Assembly: GCA_964496065.1 (NCBI GenBank)
Contig: CAZBXD010000004.1
Coordinates: forward strand, 153-64,152
Direction of reading: 5' to 3'
Length of the DNA stretch: 64,000 nucleotides
Source: an uncultured Bdellovibrionales bacterium
GTDB taxonomy: Bacteria; Pseudomonadota; Alphaproteobacteria; Micavibrionales; SZUA-601
Shown one piece after another: positions 30,355 to 41,831 of this stretch. Each line of letters opens with the position of its first letter. Within the stretch, counting starts at the first letter, position 1. Under the pieces are notes generated by a model, which worked only from the letters and a program-made list of their open reading frames with translations, was not told where the DNA came from and searched no databases. The position numbers and the translations under genes were made by a program.

Positions 30355-30484
30355 ACCCTATACCCCCCACACGCATTGAATTCGACTGTATGTCTTCTTT
30401 TATCCTGGCGATTCTTGCCACCCACTCTTTATTTATATCGGGTTGGTCTTAAAATCGAATTAATGGTATTAAAAAAATCAAAAT

Positions 30485-31501
30485 TTATGAAAATAAAGCA
30501 AAGGAGGGCTCGATCGGCTTAGTTATAAGCGGCGCCATATAAAGTTTTTCTGGCAAAGATTTTTCAACAAGCGCAGAGACAAGGTCGATGGTTTTAACCG
30601 GAGCAAATTTTTGTTTGAAATTATGTAGGCCAACGCGTTCCGAGCCACCACGATTAAGGAACTGAATACCTTTTTCGTGAAGAAGACGACAGGTCATGAC
30701 AAGTTGATATTCAGACAAGCCGCTGATATGGATGTCAACCAGATTGGCAATAAGGTTGGTGGTATCTGTTGTTGTTTGATCCCAAATGCTAAACCCGCCA
30801 ACACGATTTCCATAGCGAATAATAAACCCATCAAAAAGATCAGGATGGGTGTTAATAAGGCTAAAAAGCGTCTGATAAAAAGCACTATCACCCGTTTGGT
30901 AACGACTATTATAAAGGATTTGATTGCCTTCCCAATATTTGGTACAGGCGTATAGATAGCGCATCGCCGCTTCATCATTTAAGCCAATCATGTGAACATT
31001 TAATTCGTCAATTTTACGCAGTTTTTGGCGAATGTTACGAAAATTTGGGCCGTTAAGATGACTGACCTGGGCTGTATCTAAGATATGAACCGGATAATAC
31101 CAATCAAGTTGGGTTTCTTTAACAAGGGTAATGTTAATCGAAGAATTTTTATGAAGATGTGATTGTACGGCCGCGACTTCTTGATCTGTAAATCGTGCAA
31201 GTTGAGCGCTTTGTTTTGATAGGTCAAGTGTACGAATAATATCGGCAATTAAAGAGCCGTCTCCATGACCAATTTCAGGGAAAATAAGAAGGCGATCCTT
31301 CATATTGGGGTGGCGACAAACCACGGCTTTGGCTGTTTGATTTTCACAAACCCAAGCGCCTCGGCGCCCGGTAAGCATGTAATAGGCGATGGAGTTGATA
31401 AAACTATCCTCCCGTTGATGGGATGGGACAGTAATATGAGTCTTGAGACTCTTAAATAAGTCATTATCAATCATCCAGTTGACCCATAGGTTATTTATCA
31501 C
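30485..31501 (-). CDS. DUF2156-like protein (MprF C-terminal / aminoacyl-lipid synthase-like domain), stand-alone
   Basis: 338 aa. GPNFRNIRQKLRK and the C-terminal GLHNFKQKFAP resemble the LPG_synthase_C/DUF2156 signature GL..FK.KF.P. Confidence 0.5.
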   Translation of the reverse strand: MINNLWVNWMIDNDLFKSLKTHITVPSHQREDSFINSIAYYMLTGRRGAWVCENQTAKAVVCRHPNMKDRLLIFPEIGHGDGSLIADIIRTLDLSKQSAQLARFTDQEVAAVQSHLHKNSSINITLVKETQLDWYYPVHILDTAQVSHLNGPNFRNIRQKLRKIDELNVHMIGLNDEAAMRYLYACTKYWEGNQILYNSRYQTGDSAFYQTLFSLINTHPDLFDGFIIRYGNRVGGFSIWDQTTTDTTNLIANLVDIHISGLSEYQLVMTCRLLHEKGIQFLNRGGSERVGLHNFKQKFAPVKTIDLVSALVEKSLPEKLYMAPLITKPIEPSFALFS

Positions 31502-31608
31502 TCATTTTAATTAAACCATAAGTTGTATGCTTTAGACAAGCGCTATCCTTGTCTTTTTGTGCAAAAGACAGAGTTTAGTGCACTGTTGTTTGGGTTACGT
31601 ATTTAATC

Positions 31609-32247
31609 TCATTGTGTTGGAATGGACGCATTCTCCCACAAATAATTAAAACGTTTGCGTTCTGTTTCGGCGGCAACGGCACTTTTGATCACAATCACCA
31701 TTTTCTCTTCCCATAGTTTCATAGCCACCTTATCGCCATAGATAAAACTTGGCGACATCGCGGTATAGAGTTCCTCACTTACCCAACGATAACATTCAAT
31801 CGGCTGCAAAAACGTGTCTTGTCCTTCGCAGGCAAGCAAACGTTCATGAATTCCATATTCTTTTAAACGGGCGAGGTGGTTTTCAATTCCTGCGCCATTA
31901 TCTTTGATAACACGTTGTTCATCAACTTTAGTGATCAGAACTTCACCGCCGCTGTCCTTAAGGGTTTCAAAAATATCATCCCAAAGGTGAACATTTGCGG
32001 TATCCCCTTTGAGAATGGAGACGGTTTCAAGTTTTTTGCCAACGCTATGGGGTGTTGGGAATTCAACGCCGCCCTTTTCAAAGGCATCGCGAATAAGGAG
32101 AAGTGAAATACGTTTTGTATCCGCCAGTCCTCGTTCAAAATTATTAATCGCAGTTTTTGACAGGCCGGTGTGATCGGCGAGATCTTGTTGAGTCCAACCA
32201 AGAAGGCCCCGTGCGGCCCGACATTGTTCACGCGATATAAATTTCAT
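31609..32247 (-). CDS. XRE-family HTH regulator with uncharacterised C-terminal domain (paralog A)
   Basis: 212 aa. N-terminal HTH REQCRAARGLLGWTQQDLADHTGLSKTAINNFERG. The C-terminal ~140 aa are shared with 56639-57280 (FEKGGVEF, DIFETL, CEG.. F..P...YRW, Y.YGDK.A..LW). Confidence 0.8.
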   Translation of the reverse strand: MKFISREQCRAARGLLGWTQQDLADHTGLSKTAINNFERGLADTKRISLLLIRDAFEKGGVEFPTPHSVGKKLETVSILKGDTANVHLWDDIFETLKDSGGEVLITKVDEQRVIKDNGAGIENHLARLKEYGIHERLLACEGQDTFLQPIECYRWVSEELYTAMSPSFIYGDKVAMKLWEEKMVIVIKSAVAAETERKRFNYLWENASIPTQ

Positions 32248-32304
32248 AATGCCACTATATCAGACTAAAATACAATTATAAAAGGAAAAAATACAAGTTT
32301 TGCA

Positions 32305-32333
32305 TTGACTTTGTTTACATATTTCTTTATTCT
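32305..32333 (+). promoter_or_regulatory. sigma70-like promoter for the 32370 small ORF
   Basis: TTGACT-N17-TATTCT, about 37 nt upstream of the ATG. Confidence 0.35.
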
Positions 32334-32369
32334 TCGCCTGTAGTTCATCAACTCAAGAGGAAAGAAACG

Positions 32370-32606
32370 ATGAAAAATCAAATCATAAAATCAAAGCTGT
32401 CGATTAATCGTAGTCTCAATCAGCTCTCCCATATCCAGGCGATGTTTCTATTTTGTGAACCGCGCAATATGGGGATGGATGCAGAGATTGCAGATAATGT
32501 CATTGATCTGATTGGCAAGGCCCGGCGTGAATTACGCTTAGCTCAGCAAGAGCTTGAGGTAATTGCGAACCGTCATGAATGTGAGAACATGGCACGGGCT
32601 GCCTAG
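32370..32606 (+). CDS. hypothetical small protein (78 aa)
   Basis: RBS AAGAGGAAAG upstream, a promoter-like element upstream and a terminator downstream. Divergent from XRE paralog A. Confidence 0.45.
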   Translation: MKNQIIKSKLSINRSLNQLSHIQAMFLFCEPRNMGMDAEIADNVIDLIGKARRELRLAQQELEVIANRHECENMARAA

Positions 32607-32648
32607 GTCATTTCGCTGACAGAAATAAACATTCCCTAAAAGAATTTT

Positions 32649-32680
32649 AAGCCGAGCGGTCCAGCTCGGTTTTTCTTTTA
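32649..32680 (+). terminator. rho-independent terminator
   Basis: GCCGAGC-GGTCCA-GCTCGGT hairpin followed by TTTTCTTTT. Confidence 0.7.
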
Positions 32681-32763
32681 GTAAAGTGCTTTAGAAAGAG
32701 GCTATGGAATCATTTCCAAATATGGTTAAATATCGGCAACCGTTAACGGAGAACAAAAAAACA

Positions 32764-34041
32764 ATGTCAGAAAAAATTGCCATTATTGGATTGGGATATG
32801 TTGGCTTGCCTTTAGGCGTTGCGCTCAGTCGTTATTTTGACGTGGTTAAAGGGTATGATATTGATCAAAATCGGATCAAAGCCTTGCGGGATGGGCATGA
32901 TTGGACAGAAGAGGTTGATGATGCTGATCTGCAAGCCTCAAACATGGCGTTTGTCGATGATCCCGATGATTTGAGTGATTGCAGCTTTTTTATTGTCGCG
33001 GTGCCGACCCCGGTCAATGCGGATCGTTTGCCTGATTTGAGCCCAATGCAAGGGGCGTGTCATACAATTGGTACCGTTATGCAAAAAGGCTCTGTGGTTG
33101 TTTTTGAATCAACGGTTTATCCCGGCGTGACGGAGGAAATTTGCGGCCCACTTTTAGAAGAAATTTCAGGTATGACTTGCGGCCGGGATTTTACTCTAGG
33201 CTATTCACCAGAGCGTATCGTCCCTGGTGATAAAGTAAATACCTTAGAGACCATTGCCAAGGTTGTCGGGGCGCAAGATGATGAAACGCTTGCGCGGATG
33301 GAGGCAGTTTATGGTCCGATTATTAAGGCGGGATTACATCTGGCCCCTAATATTAGGGTTGCGGAAGGCTCCAAAGTTATTGAAAATATTCAGCGTGATG
33401 TCAATATCGCTTTGATGAATGAGCTTGCCTTGATTTTCAATCGCATGGGGATCCGCACGATGGATGTTATTGAAGCAGCCTCCTCTAAATGGAATTTTTT
33501 GAAATTTACCCCCGGCCTGGTTGGCGGGCATTGTATTGGGGTTGACCCCTATTACCTGTCCTCCCGCGCGGAACAATCCGGCTATCATCCACAGGTCATT
33601 CTTTCCAGTCGTCGCCTCAACGAAGGAATGGGCAATTTTATCGCTCAAGAAACTATTGCCCAATTGATTAAGGCGGATCGTCCCGTCCGGCATGCAAAGA
33701 TTGGTATTTTAGGGATTACGTTTAAGGAAAACGTGCCTGATTTGCGCAATTCACGGGTGCCAGATATTGTCCAAACCTTACAAAATTTTGGGTTAGAGCC
33801 AATGGTGCATGATCCAATGGCCAATAAAGATCAGGTTAAGCAACGCTATGATATTGACCTGGTAGAATGGGAGGCAATGACCGAGCTTGATGCAGTAATT
33901 TATACTGTCCCGCATAATTGGTATCGCGATCGCCGCCCCAGCATTGTTCGCCTGGCAACCCGTGGTGGGGTTTTTATGGATGTCAAATCCCGTTTTGAAC
34001 CGGATGAAGTGCCCAGCCACCTGTTTTATTGGTCGCTTTAA
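32764..34041 (+). CDS. nucleotide-sugar dehydrogenase (UDP-glucose/GDP-mannose dehydrogenase family, TviB/WbpO-like)
   Basis: Likely start MSEKIAIIGLGYVGLPLGVAL (Rossmann fold). Catalytic Cys region GLVGGHCIGVDP. Confidence 0.88.
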   Translation: MSEKIAIIGLGYVGLPLGVALSRYFDVVKGYDIDQNRIKALRDGHDWTEEVDDADLQASNMAFVDDPDDLSDCSFFIVAVPTPVNADRLPDLSPMQGACHTIGTVMQKGSVVVFESTVYPGVTEEICGPLLEEISGMTCGRDFTLGYSPERIVPGDKVNTLETIAKVVGAQDDETLARMEAVYGPIIKAGLHLAPNIRVAEGSKVIENIQRDVNIALMNELALIFNRMGIRTMDVIEAASSKWNFLKFTPGLVGGHCIGVDPYYLSSRAEQSGYHPQVILSSRRLNEGMGNFIAQETIAQLIKADRPVRHAKIGILGITFKENVPDLRNSRVPDIVQTLQNFGLEPMVHDPMANKDQVKQRYDIDLVEWEAMTELDAVIYTVPHNWYRDRRPSIVRLATRGGVFMDVKSRFEPDEVPSHLFYWSL

Positions 34042-34048
34042 CCTTATG

Positions 34049-34082
34049 AAAAAAACCCCGCCTCAGAGACGGGGTTTTTCAA
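34049..34082. terminator. bidirectional terminator between convergent genes
   Basis: AAAAAACCCCG-CCTCAGAGA-CGGGGTTTTT. Confidence 0.8.
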
Positions 34083-34099
34083 TTCAATAAAGGAATGGA

Positions 34100-35776
<1,677 letters not shown>

Positions 35777-35843
35777 CTAAAAAATATTAAATGGAATTAA
35801 TTGGAACGAGCTGTCGTAAATTCTTGGCAAGCTAAGAATTTCG

Positions 35844-36158
35844 TTAGGCAGCTTTTCTGGCCTTTTTACCGGTTGTAAGAACGCCCATGATGTCACTTTC
35901 TTTCATGACAAGCAGTTCTTCACCATTGACGGTGATTTCTGTGCCAGACCATTTGTTGAAAACAACATGGTCACCAGCGGTCACGTCAAGTGGCTGTAAT
36001 TTGCCAGTTTCATCGCGTGCGCCAGAGCCACAAGCGACAACAACGCCTTCCATTGGTTTTTCTTTCGCTGTGTCTGGAATAATGATTCCGCCTTTTGTGG
36101 TCTCTTCACTATCGAGACGACGCACAAGGACGCGGTCATGTAAAGGTCTAAATGCCAT
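35844..36158 (-). CDS. groES: co-chaperonin GroES
   Basis: 104 aa. [14 protein letters not shown]...[13 protein letters not shown]. Confidence 0.97.
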   Translation of the reverse strand: MAFRPLHDRVLVRRLDSEETTKGGIIIPDTAKEKPMEGVVVACGSGARDETGKLQPLDVTAGDHVVFNKWSGTEITVNGEELLVMKESDIMGVLTTGKKARKAA

Positions 36159-36234
36159 TGTCTAATCTCCTTTAAGCATTAAATGGACATGAGGTATGAG
36201 AAAATCCCAATCAGGCAAATTCTCAAATCGGGAA

Positions 36235-36267
36235 ATTTATAGCCTGAAACCCGTGATTCTTCAAGGG
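36235..36267 (-). promoter_or_regulatory. candidate RpoH (sigma32)-type promoter of groESL
   Basis: The minus strand reads CCCTTGAA-N16-GCTATAAAT about 70 nt upstream of groES. The -35 matches the sigma32 CCCTTGAA. The -10 is only approximate. Confidence 0.4.
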
Positions 36268-36469
36268 CAAAAGCCAAAATAGTTGTTATTTTTAATCCGT
36301 GGTTTTTTTATATTATTTTTTCTTTCAAAGCGGCAATTTTTATAGCCCTTCTGCTCGGAATTCTCTGCATTATGTTAAGATTTTTTTGTTACAATAAAGT
36401 TTCATACACTAGAAAGTGTCTCAATATAATCACCAAAATGGACCCAGAATGGGAAAAGGGAGGCAAAAA

Positions 36470-36733
36470 ATGGCGGATTTAGAGAAACAATTACAGGGAT
36501 TTAGTTTAACAACGGCGGATATTCTTTATCATCTGCCAGATTATCCTGAGATTTTACAATCTTTTCTCTGGCAAGATTATGATAAAGCACCAAAATTCCC
36601 TGTTTTAAAGGATTTCCTTGGCTTTTGGCAAAGCGAAATTGATGGCAAAGTTCATTCTGTTCATCTTACTGCGACGGATCTGATCACCCCGGGCGATGTT
36701 AACTGGCCTAATATTGATATAATCTGGCACTAA
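36470..36733 (+). CDS. usg: Usg family protein
   Basis: Likely start MADLEKQL with GGGAGG upstream. LTTADILYHLPDYPEILQSFLWQDYDKAPKFPVLKDFLGFWQSEIDGKVHSV is typical of the alphaproteobacterial Usg family. Confidence 0.7.
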   Translation: MADLEKQLQGFSLTTADILYHLPDYPEILQSFLWQDYDKAPKFPVLKDFLGFWQSEIDGKVHSVHLTATDLITPGDVNWPNIDIIWH

Positions 36734-36757
36734 ACACCTGGTTTTTGTAATTTTGTG

Positions 36758-36786
36758 TTGATAGGCGTTAGGCAGTTGCGTCATAC
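36758..36786 (+). promoter_or_regulatory. sigma70-like promoter (TTGATA-N17-TCATAC)
   Basis: Read directly. Lies upstream of the 40-codon ORF. Confidence 0.3.
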
Positions 36787-36822
36787 TGATCATCTGACTT
36801 AAATTTGAAAATGAGGTGTAAA

Positions 36823-36945
36823 ATGGCAGATAAAAAAGGTCCCGGAGGAGTAAACGGTAGTAATAATTATGACTTTGATGACAACGATCTTGGCGGCGAA
36901 GCGGACGTTACCCGTAAAGATAGAGGTCCAGTCCTAAAGCCGTAA
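36823..36945 (+). CDS. candidate 40-aa microprotein (MADKKGPGGVNGSNNYDFDDNDLGGEADVTRKDRGPVLKP)
   Basis: Below the ORF-track cutoff. GAGGTG RBS 6 nt upstream of the ATG, a promoter-like element upstream and a terminator at 36972-37000 downstream. Confidence 0.35.
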   Translation: MADKKGPGGVNGSNNYDFDDNDLGGEADVTRKDRGPVLKP

Positions 36946-36971
36946 AATGGTATTCAAGAAAATAGAAAGAT

Positions 36972-37000
36972 AACCCCGCCATTGCGCGGGGTGTTTTTTA
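36972..37000 (+). terminator. rho-independent terminator
   Basis: CCCCGC-CATTGC-GCGGGG hairpin followed by TGTTTTTTA. Confidence 0.75.
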
Positions 37001-37020
37001 TCTCTCACCAAACTTTCTTT

Positions 37021-38393
<1,373 letters not shown>

Positions 38394-38428
38394 TTACGCA
38401 AGATTTGAATAGTCCTAGTGTTTCTATT

Positions 38429-39466
38429 ATGAATTCTACCAATAAATCTATTGCATTATGGCTTTTTACGTCTGCCTTTATGGTGTTTGCCATGGCGGTA
38501 ATTGGTGCGATCACTCGCTTGACAGAATCTGGTTTGTCAATGGTTGAGTGGCGCCCTTTGATCGGGGCGATTCCGCCCTTGAGCGAAGTGGAATGGCAGC
38601 GCGTGTTCAATCTCTATCGGCAAACCCCGGAATATATTCACAAAAATGCTGGGATGACACTGGATGAATTTAAATATATTTTCTTCTGGGAATGGTTTCA
38701 TCGCTTGTGGGGGCGGCTGATTGGTTTAGTTTATGCGGTACCCTTTTTCTATTTTGTTATTCGGCGCCGAATTTCTAAACAACAGTTTTGGCCATTATTT
38801 CGATTGCTTATTCTTGGGGGTTTGCAGGGGGTAATGGGCTGGTATATGGTGATGTCGGGTTTGGTAGATCGCCCAAGTGTTAGCCATTTTCGCTTAGCAG
38901 CGCATCTCAGCCTCGCCTTCCTTATCTTTGCCTTATTGGTGCGTCTTGGCTTGCAATATTTATACCCTACGGCCCCTGCTGGGTTTAATCGTCCCGTTCG
39001 CCGAATTCATATGTGGCAGGCAGGTGCGATGATTTCTTTCGCCCTGACATTTGTCTGGGGGGCATTTGTTGCTGGCATGGATGCTGGCTTAATCTATAAT
39101 GAATTTCCGCTAATGGGTGGACGTTGGGTGCCAAGTGATCTCTGGTACTATCCCGTATGGTGGCAGAATTTGATCAATAATCAGGCCGGGGTTCAATTTG
39201 TCCATCGAGTTTTGGCCATGATCACCGGTGTTGTGGTGGCGATCTTGTGGCTACAAACGTCAGCAAAAGATTTTTCACCGATTATTCAACGATTGGCTTG
39301 GGCCCTTTTCGTGACGGTTTTGTGTCAAATCGCGCTTGGAATTTTGACCCTATTAAGTGGGGTTAATATTATCCTTGCCACGGCGCATCAGGCGGGGGCT
39401 TTGATTCTACTGTTCTTTCTGGTTTGGCATGGATTTGAATTAAAAAAAGGGTGCCTGGAAGTTTAA
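38429..39466 (+). CDS. ctaA: heme A synthase (COX15/CtaA family)
   Basis: Polytopic protein. ITRLTESGLSMVEW, EFKYIFFWEWFHR and HR/HQ histidine pairs. The ORF extends to a TTG at 38405; the ATG at 38429 is preferred. Confidence 0.9.
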   Translation: MNSTNKSIALWLFTSAFMVFAMAVIGAITRLTESGLSMVEWRPLIGAIPPLSEVEWQRVFNLYRQTPEYIHKNAGMTLDEFKYIFFWEWFHRLWGRLIGLVYAVPFFYFVIRRRISKQQFWPLFRLLILGGLQGVMGWYMVMSGLVDRPSVSHFRLAAHLSLAFLIFALLVRLGLQYLYPTAPAGFNRPVRRIHMWQAGAMISFALTFVWGAFVAGMDAGLIYNEFPLMGGRWVPSDLWYYPVWWQNLINNQAGVQFVHRVLAMITGVVVAILWLQTSAKDFSPIIQRLAWALFVTVLCQIALGILTLLSGVNIILATAHQAGALILLFFLVWHGFELKKGCLEV

Positions 39467-39469
39467 TGC

Positions 39470-39784
39470 TTACACTGTCACAATAAAGCCAAGTGACAGG
39501 GCTGCATAAATTAGACCACTAAAAAAAGTAGTCAAAATTGACGATATAAGATGAAGGCGATAGTTATTTAGCTTTTTCTTACGATGGATAAAAATAATGG
39601 ATAAGAAATAAATAAACCCAACCACAATCATAATAGAAGCTATGGCTATAACTAAAATATACTCTAGACCTGGGATTTTTCCATTAAAAAATTGATGCAT
39701 CAAATATCCGTAAACAATGAAAGATATAAAACTAACCATTGCTGGGCAAAAAATAAAAAATCTGTTTAATTTTGGGGTGGTCAA
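39470..39784 (-). CDS. hypothetical membrane protein (about 3 TM)
   Basis: 104 aa, hydrophobic and AT-rich. No recognisable family. Confidence 0.5.
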   Translation of the reverse strand: MTTPKLNRFFIFCPAMVSFISFIVYGYLMHQFFNGKIPGLEYILVIAIASIMIVVGFIYFLSIIFIHRKKKLNNYRLHLISSILTTFFSGLIYAALSLGFIVTV

Positions 39785-39797
39785 TGTTTTCAGTTAC

Positions 39798-41018
39798 CTA
39801 ATCTTTGACAATTGTGCATTGAATAACGTTAATATTACCGCAATCAAACCCAGAGGCACAATAAGCAAAATATTGTTCCCACATTCGTTTAAAGCGCCCA
39901 TCAAAACCAAGGGTTTTAATATCGTCCCATTTCTGTTGAAACGCGGTGTTCCATTCACGTAAAGTGCGGGCATAATCACGTCCAAAGGAATCAAAACACC
40001 CCCAAGAAAGCCCGGACTTTTTGACTTGTTTTTGCAAAGTTTCAATACTAGGGAGCATCCCGCCGGGAAAAATATATTTTTGAATATAGTCAGGCTTTTT
40101 TCGGTAAAGCGGAAAACGATGATCCTCAATCGTGATAATTTGCAAGGCGGCTCGCCCGCCCTTTTTCAAGCGCTTTTTTAAAGTTTTAAAATAGGTCGGC
40201 CAGTATTTTTCACCGACGGCTTCAAACATTTCAATTGAAGCAATTCGATCGTAATGGCCTGTAACATCCCGGTAATCGATTAGCTCAATTTTTGCCTTAT
40301 CTGCAAGTCCCGCTTTTTGAATACGGTCTTTGGCAAAATGATATTGCTCTTTGGAAATAGTAATGCTGTGAATTTTTGCACCAACTTCGCGGGCAACATA
40401 TTCGGCAAAACCACCCCAGCCACAGCCAATCTCCAAGATCGTGTGATGAGGTTTAAGGTCAAGCTTTTCGATCAGTTTTTGGTATTTCTTATTTTGTGCA
40501 TCGGCGAGAGTAACCGTATCATCATCAAATACCGCTGAAGAATAGGTCATCGTTGGATCTAACCAATATTGATAAAAATCATTGCCTAAATCATAATGCG
40601 CGGCGATATTTTTGCGCGATCCGCGCTTTGAATTAGGTCGTAATCGATGAAGGACGAAATTCAAAACCCGGTACCATTTTGATCCAAGCAGCGGATTATC
40701 AATCGCTTTTTCATTGAGTAACATGACTTGAAAAAACTGATCAAGATCTGGACTATCCCATAACCCATCATCATAAGATTCATTAAATCCAAGTGAGCCA
40801 CCAGTGATCAGGCGGTTTGCAACATGATTATTATGAATGATCATTTCGCCATGTGGGCCTTTTTGTGTGCCGAAATAAGTATGTTCTTCCCCAGTATTTG
40901 AAAAACGGATAGTAATGGAGCCAATTTCAATTTTCTTAGCGACTTTAAGCAAAAATTGCATAGCTGGGGGGTGGTCATCCAAGAGACTTTTTTGTCGATC
41001 ACTAATATAAAGACCCAT
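39798..41018 (-). CDS. cfa: cyclopropane-fatty-acyl-phospholipid synthase family methyltransferase
   Basis: 406 aa. AHYDLGNDFY and the SAM motif ILEIGCGWGGFA. Confidence 0.9.
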   Translation of the reverse strand: MGLYISDRQKSLLDDHPPAMQFLLKVAKKIEIGSITIRFSNTGEEHTYFGTQKGPHGEMIIHNNHVANRLITGGSLGFNESYDDGLWDSPDLDQFFQVMLLNEKAIDNPLLGSKWYRVLNFVLHRLRPNSKRGSRKNIAAHYDLGNDFYQYWLDPTMTYSSAVFDDDTVTLADAQNKKYQKLIEKLDLKPHHTILEIGCGWGGFAEYVAREVGAKIHSITISKEQYHFAKDRIQKAGLADKAKIELIDYRDVTGHYDRIASIEMFEAVGEKYWPTYFKTLKKRLKKGGRAALQIITIEDHRFPLYRKKPDYIQKYIFPGGMLPSIETLQKQVKKSGLSWGCFDSFGRDYARTLREWNTAFQQKWDDIKTLGFDGRFKRMWEQYFAYCASGFDCGNINVIQCTIVKD

Positions 41019-41021
41019 AGC

Positions 41022-41831
41022 TTAGCTTATATCCTTTTCTGGCGGTGTGGGACGCTTATAAAACTGTGCGCCCTTACGCCATAATTTTAGAGCTTCATAG
41101 TGAATCGCCACGATCACTTTCAGCGTCATTAAAGGGTATTTAAACAAGCATTTCAACAAAGAACTGTTGTTCATTCTCTCACGTTTTCCTCTCAGGGTTG
41201 CAATTAGGAAAGGCGCATTATCGACGTTTTGTGTAATGTTGACCGTGAGCGTGTCATTAGGTTCTTTTAGTGTGAAGTGGTAATCCGCGTCCATTTGGAT
41301 AAATGGCGAGACGTGAAAAATTTTATCGCAGTGTTGTTCAATGATCCCTTGATCATTTTCTTTGACGGGCAGAAGATAACCATGTTGATCACCAAAGGTG
41401 TTTTTCACCTCATGCAAAATTGCTCGTAGAGTGCCAGTTTTATTGTAGCAAAAAAACAAAGTGAGCGGGTTAAAGACATAGCCAAAAATTCTTGGATAGC
41501 ACAAAACATAGATAGGGGCTCCAAGACAATCATCATAGCCTTTTTCGCTTAAAGCTTTTTCAATCCATGGCCGGATCGGTTGTCCATCGCGCGTCGCATG
41601 ATCTTTGTCGTGAAAAGAAAAGAGGTTGAAGCGATTATAAGAAAACCAACGCATCTGTTTTGCCATTTGTGGAATAGTATCCAACTCAAGCCAACAGTAA
41701 AAAACGCGATAGGTTAATTCGTGTATAAAGGGTTTCAGGCGTTTGTGATAAACAGTTCCGTGATAAAGACAATGGGGTTGGTTATTCTGGGTTGTCATTT
41801 TTGTGTTCTTCATTGCGGATGGTGTTGTCAC
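41022..41831 (-). CDS. DUF1365 domain protein
   Basis: LYHGTVYHKRLKPFIHELTYRVFYCWLELD is typical of the family. The real start is probably an internal Met (about 41798), since the ORF overlaps the upstream gene by 50 nt. Confidence 0.8.
   Translation of the reverse strand: MTTPSAMKNTKMTTQNNQPHCLYHGTVYHKRLKPFIHELTYRVFYCWLELDTIPQMAKQMRWFSYNRFNLFSFHDKDHATRDGQPIRPWIEKALSEKGYDDCLGAPIYVLCYPRIFGYVFNPLTLFFCYNKTGTLRAILHEVKNTFGDQHGYLLPVKENDQGIIEQHCDKIFHVSPFIQMDADYHFTLKEPNDTLTVNITQNVDNAPFLIATLRGKRERMNNSSLLKCLFKYPLMTLKVIVAIHYEALKLWRKGAQFYKRPTPPEKDIS

Noticed and set aside
36159-36415. Searched the groES upstream region for CIRCE (TTAGCACTC-N9-GAGTGCTAA).
   Set aside because: Neither half-site is present. 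The absence is reported as a finding, and no CIRCE feature is called.
41782-41831. 50-nt overlap between the FAD oxidoreductase and the DUF1365 ORF, considered as a possible programmed frameshift or fusion.
   Set aside because: It is most simply explained by the DUF1365 gene starting at an internal Met (several are available), leaving a short ordinary overlap.
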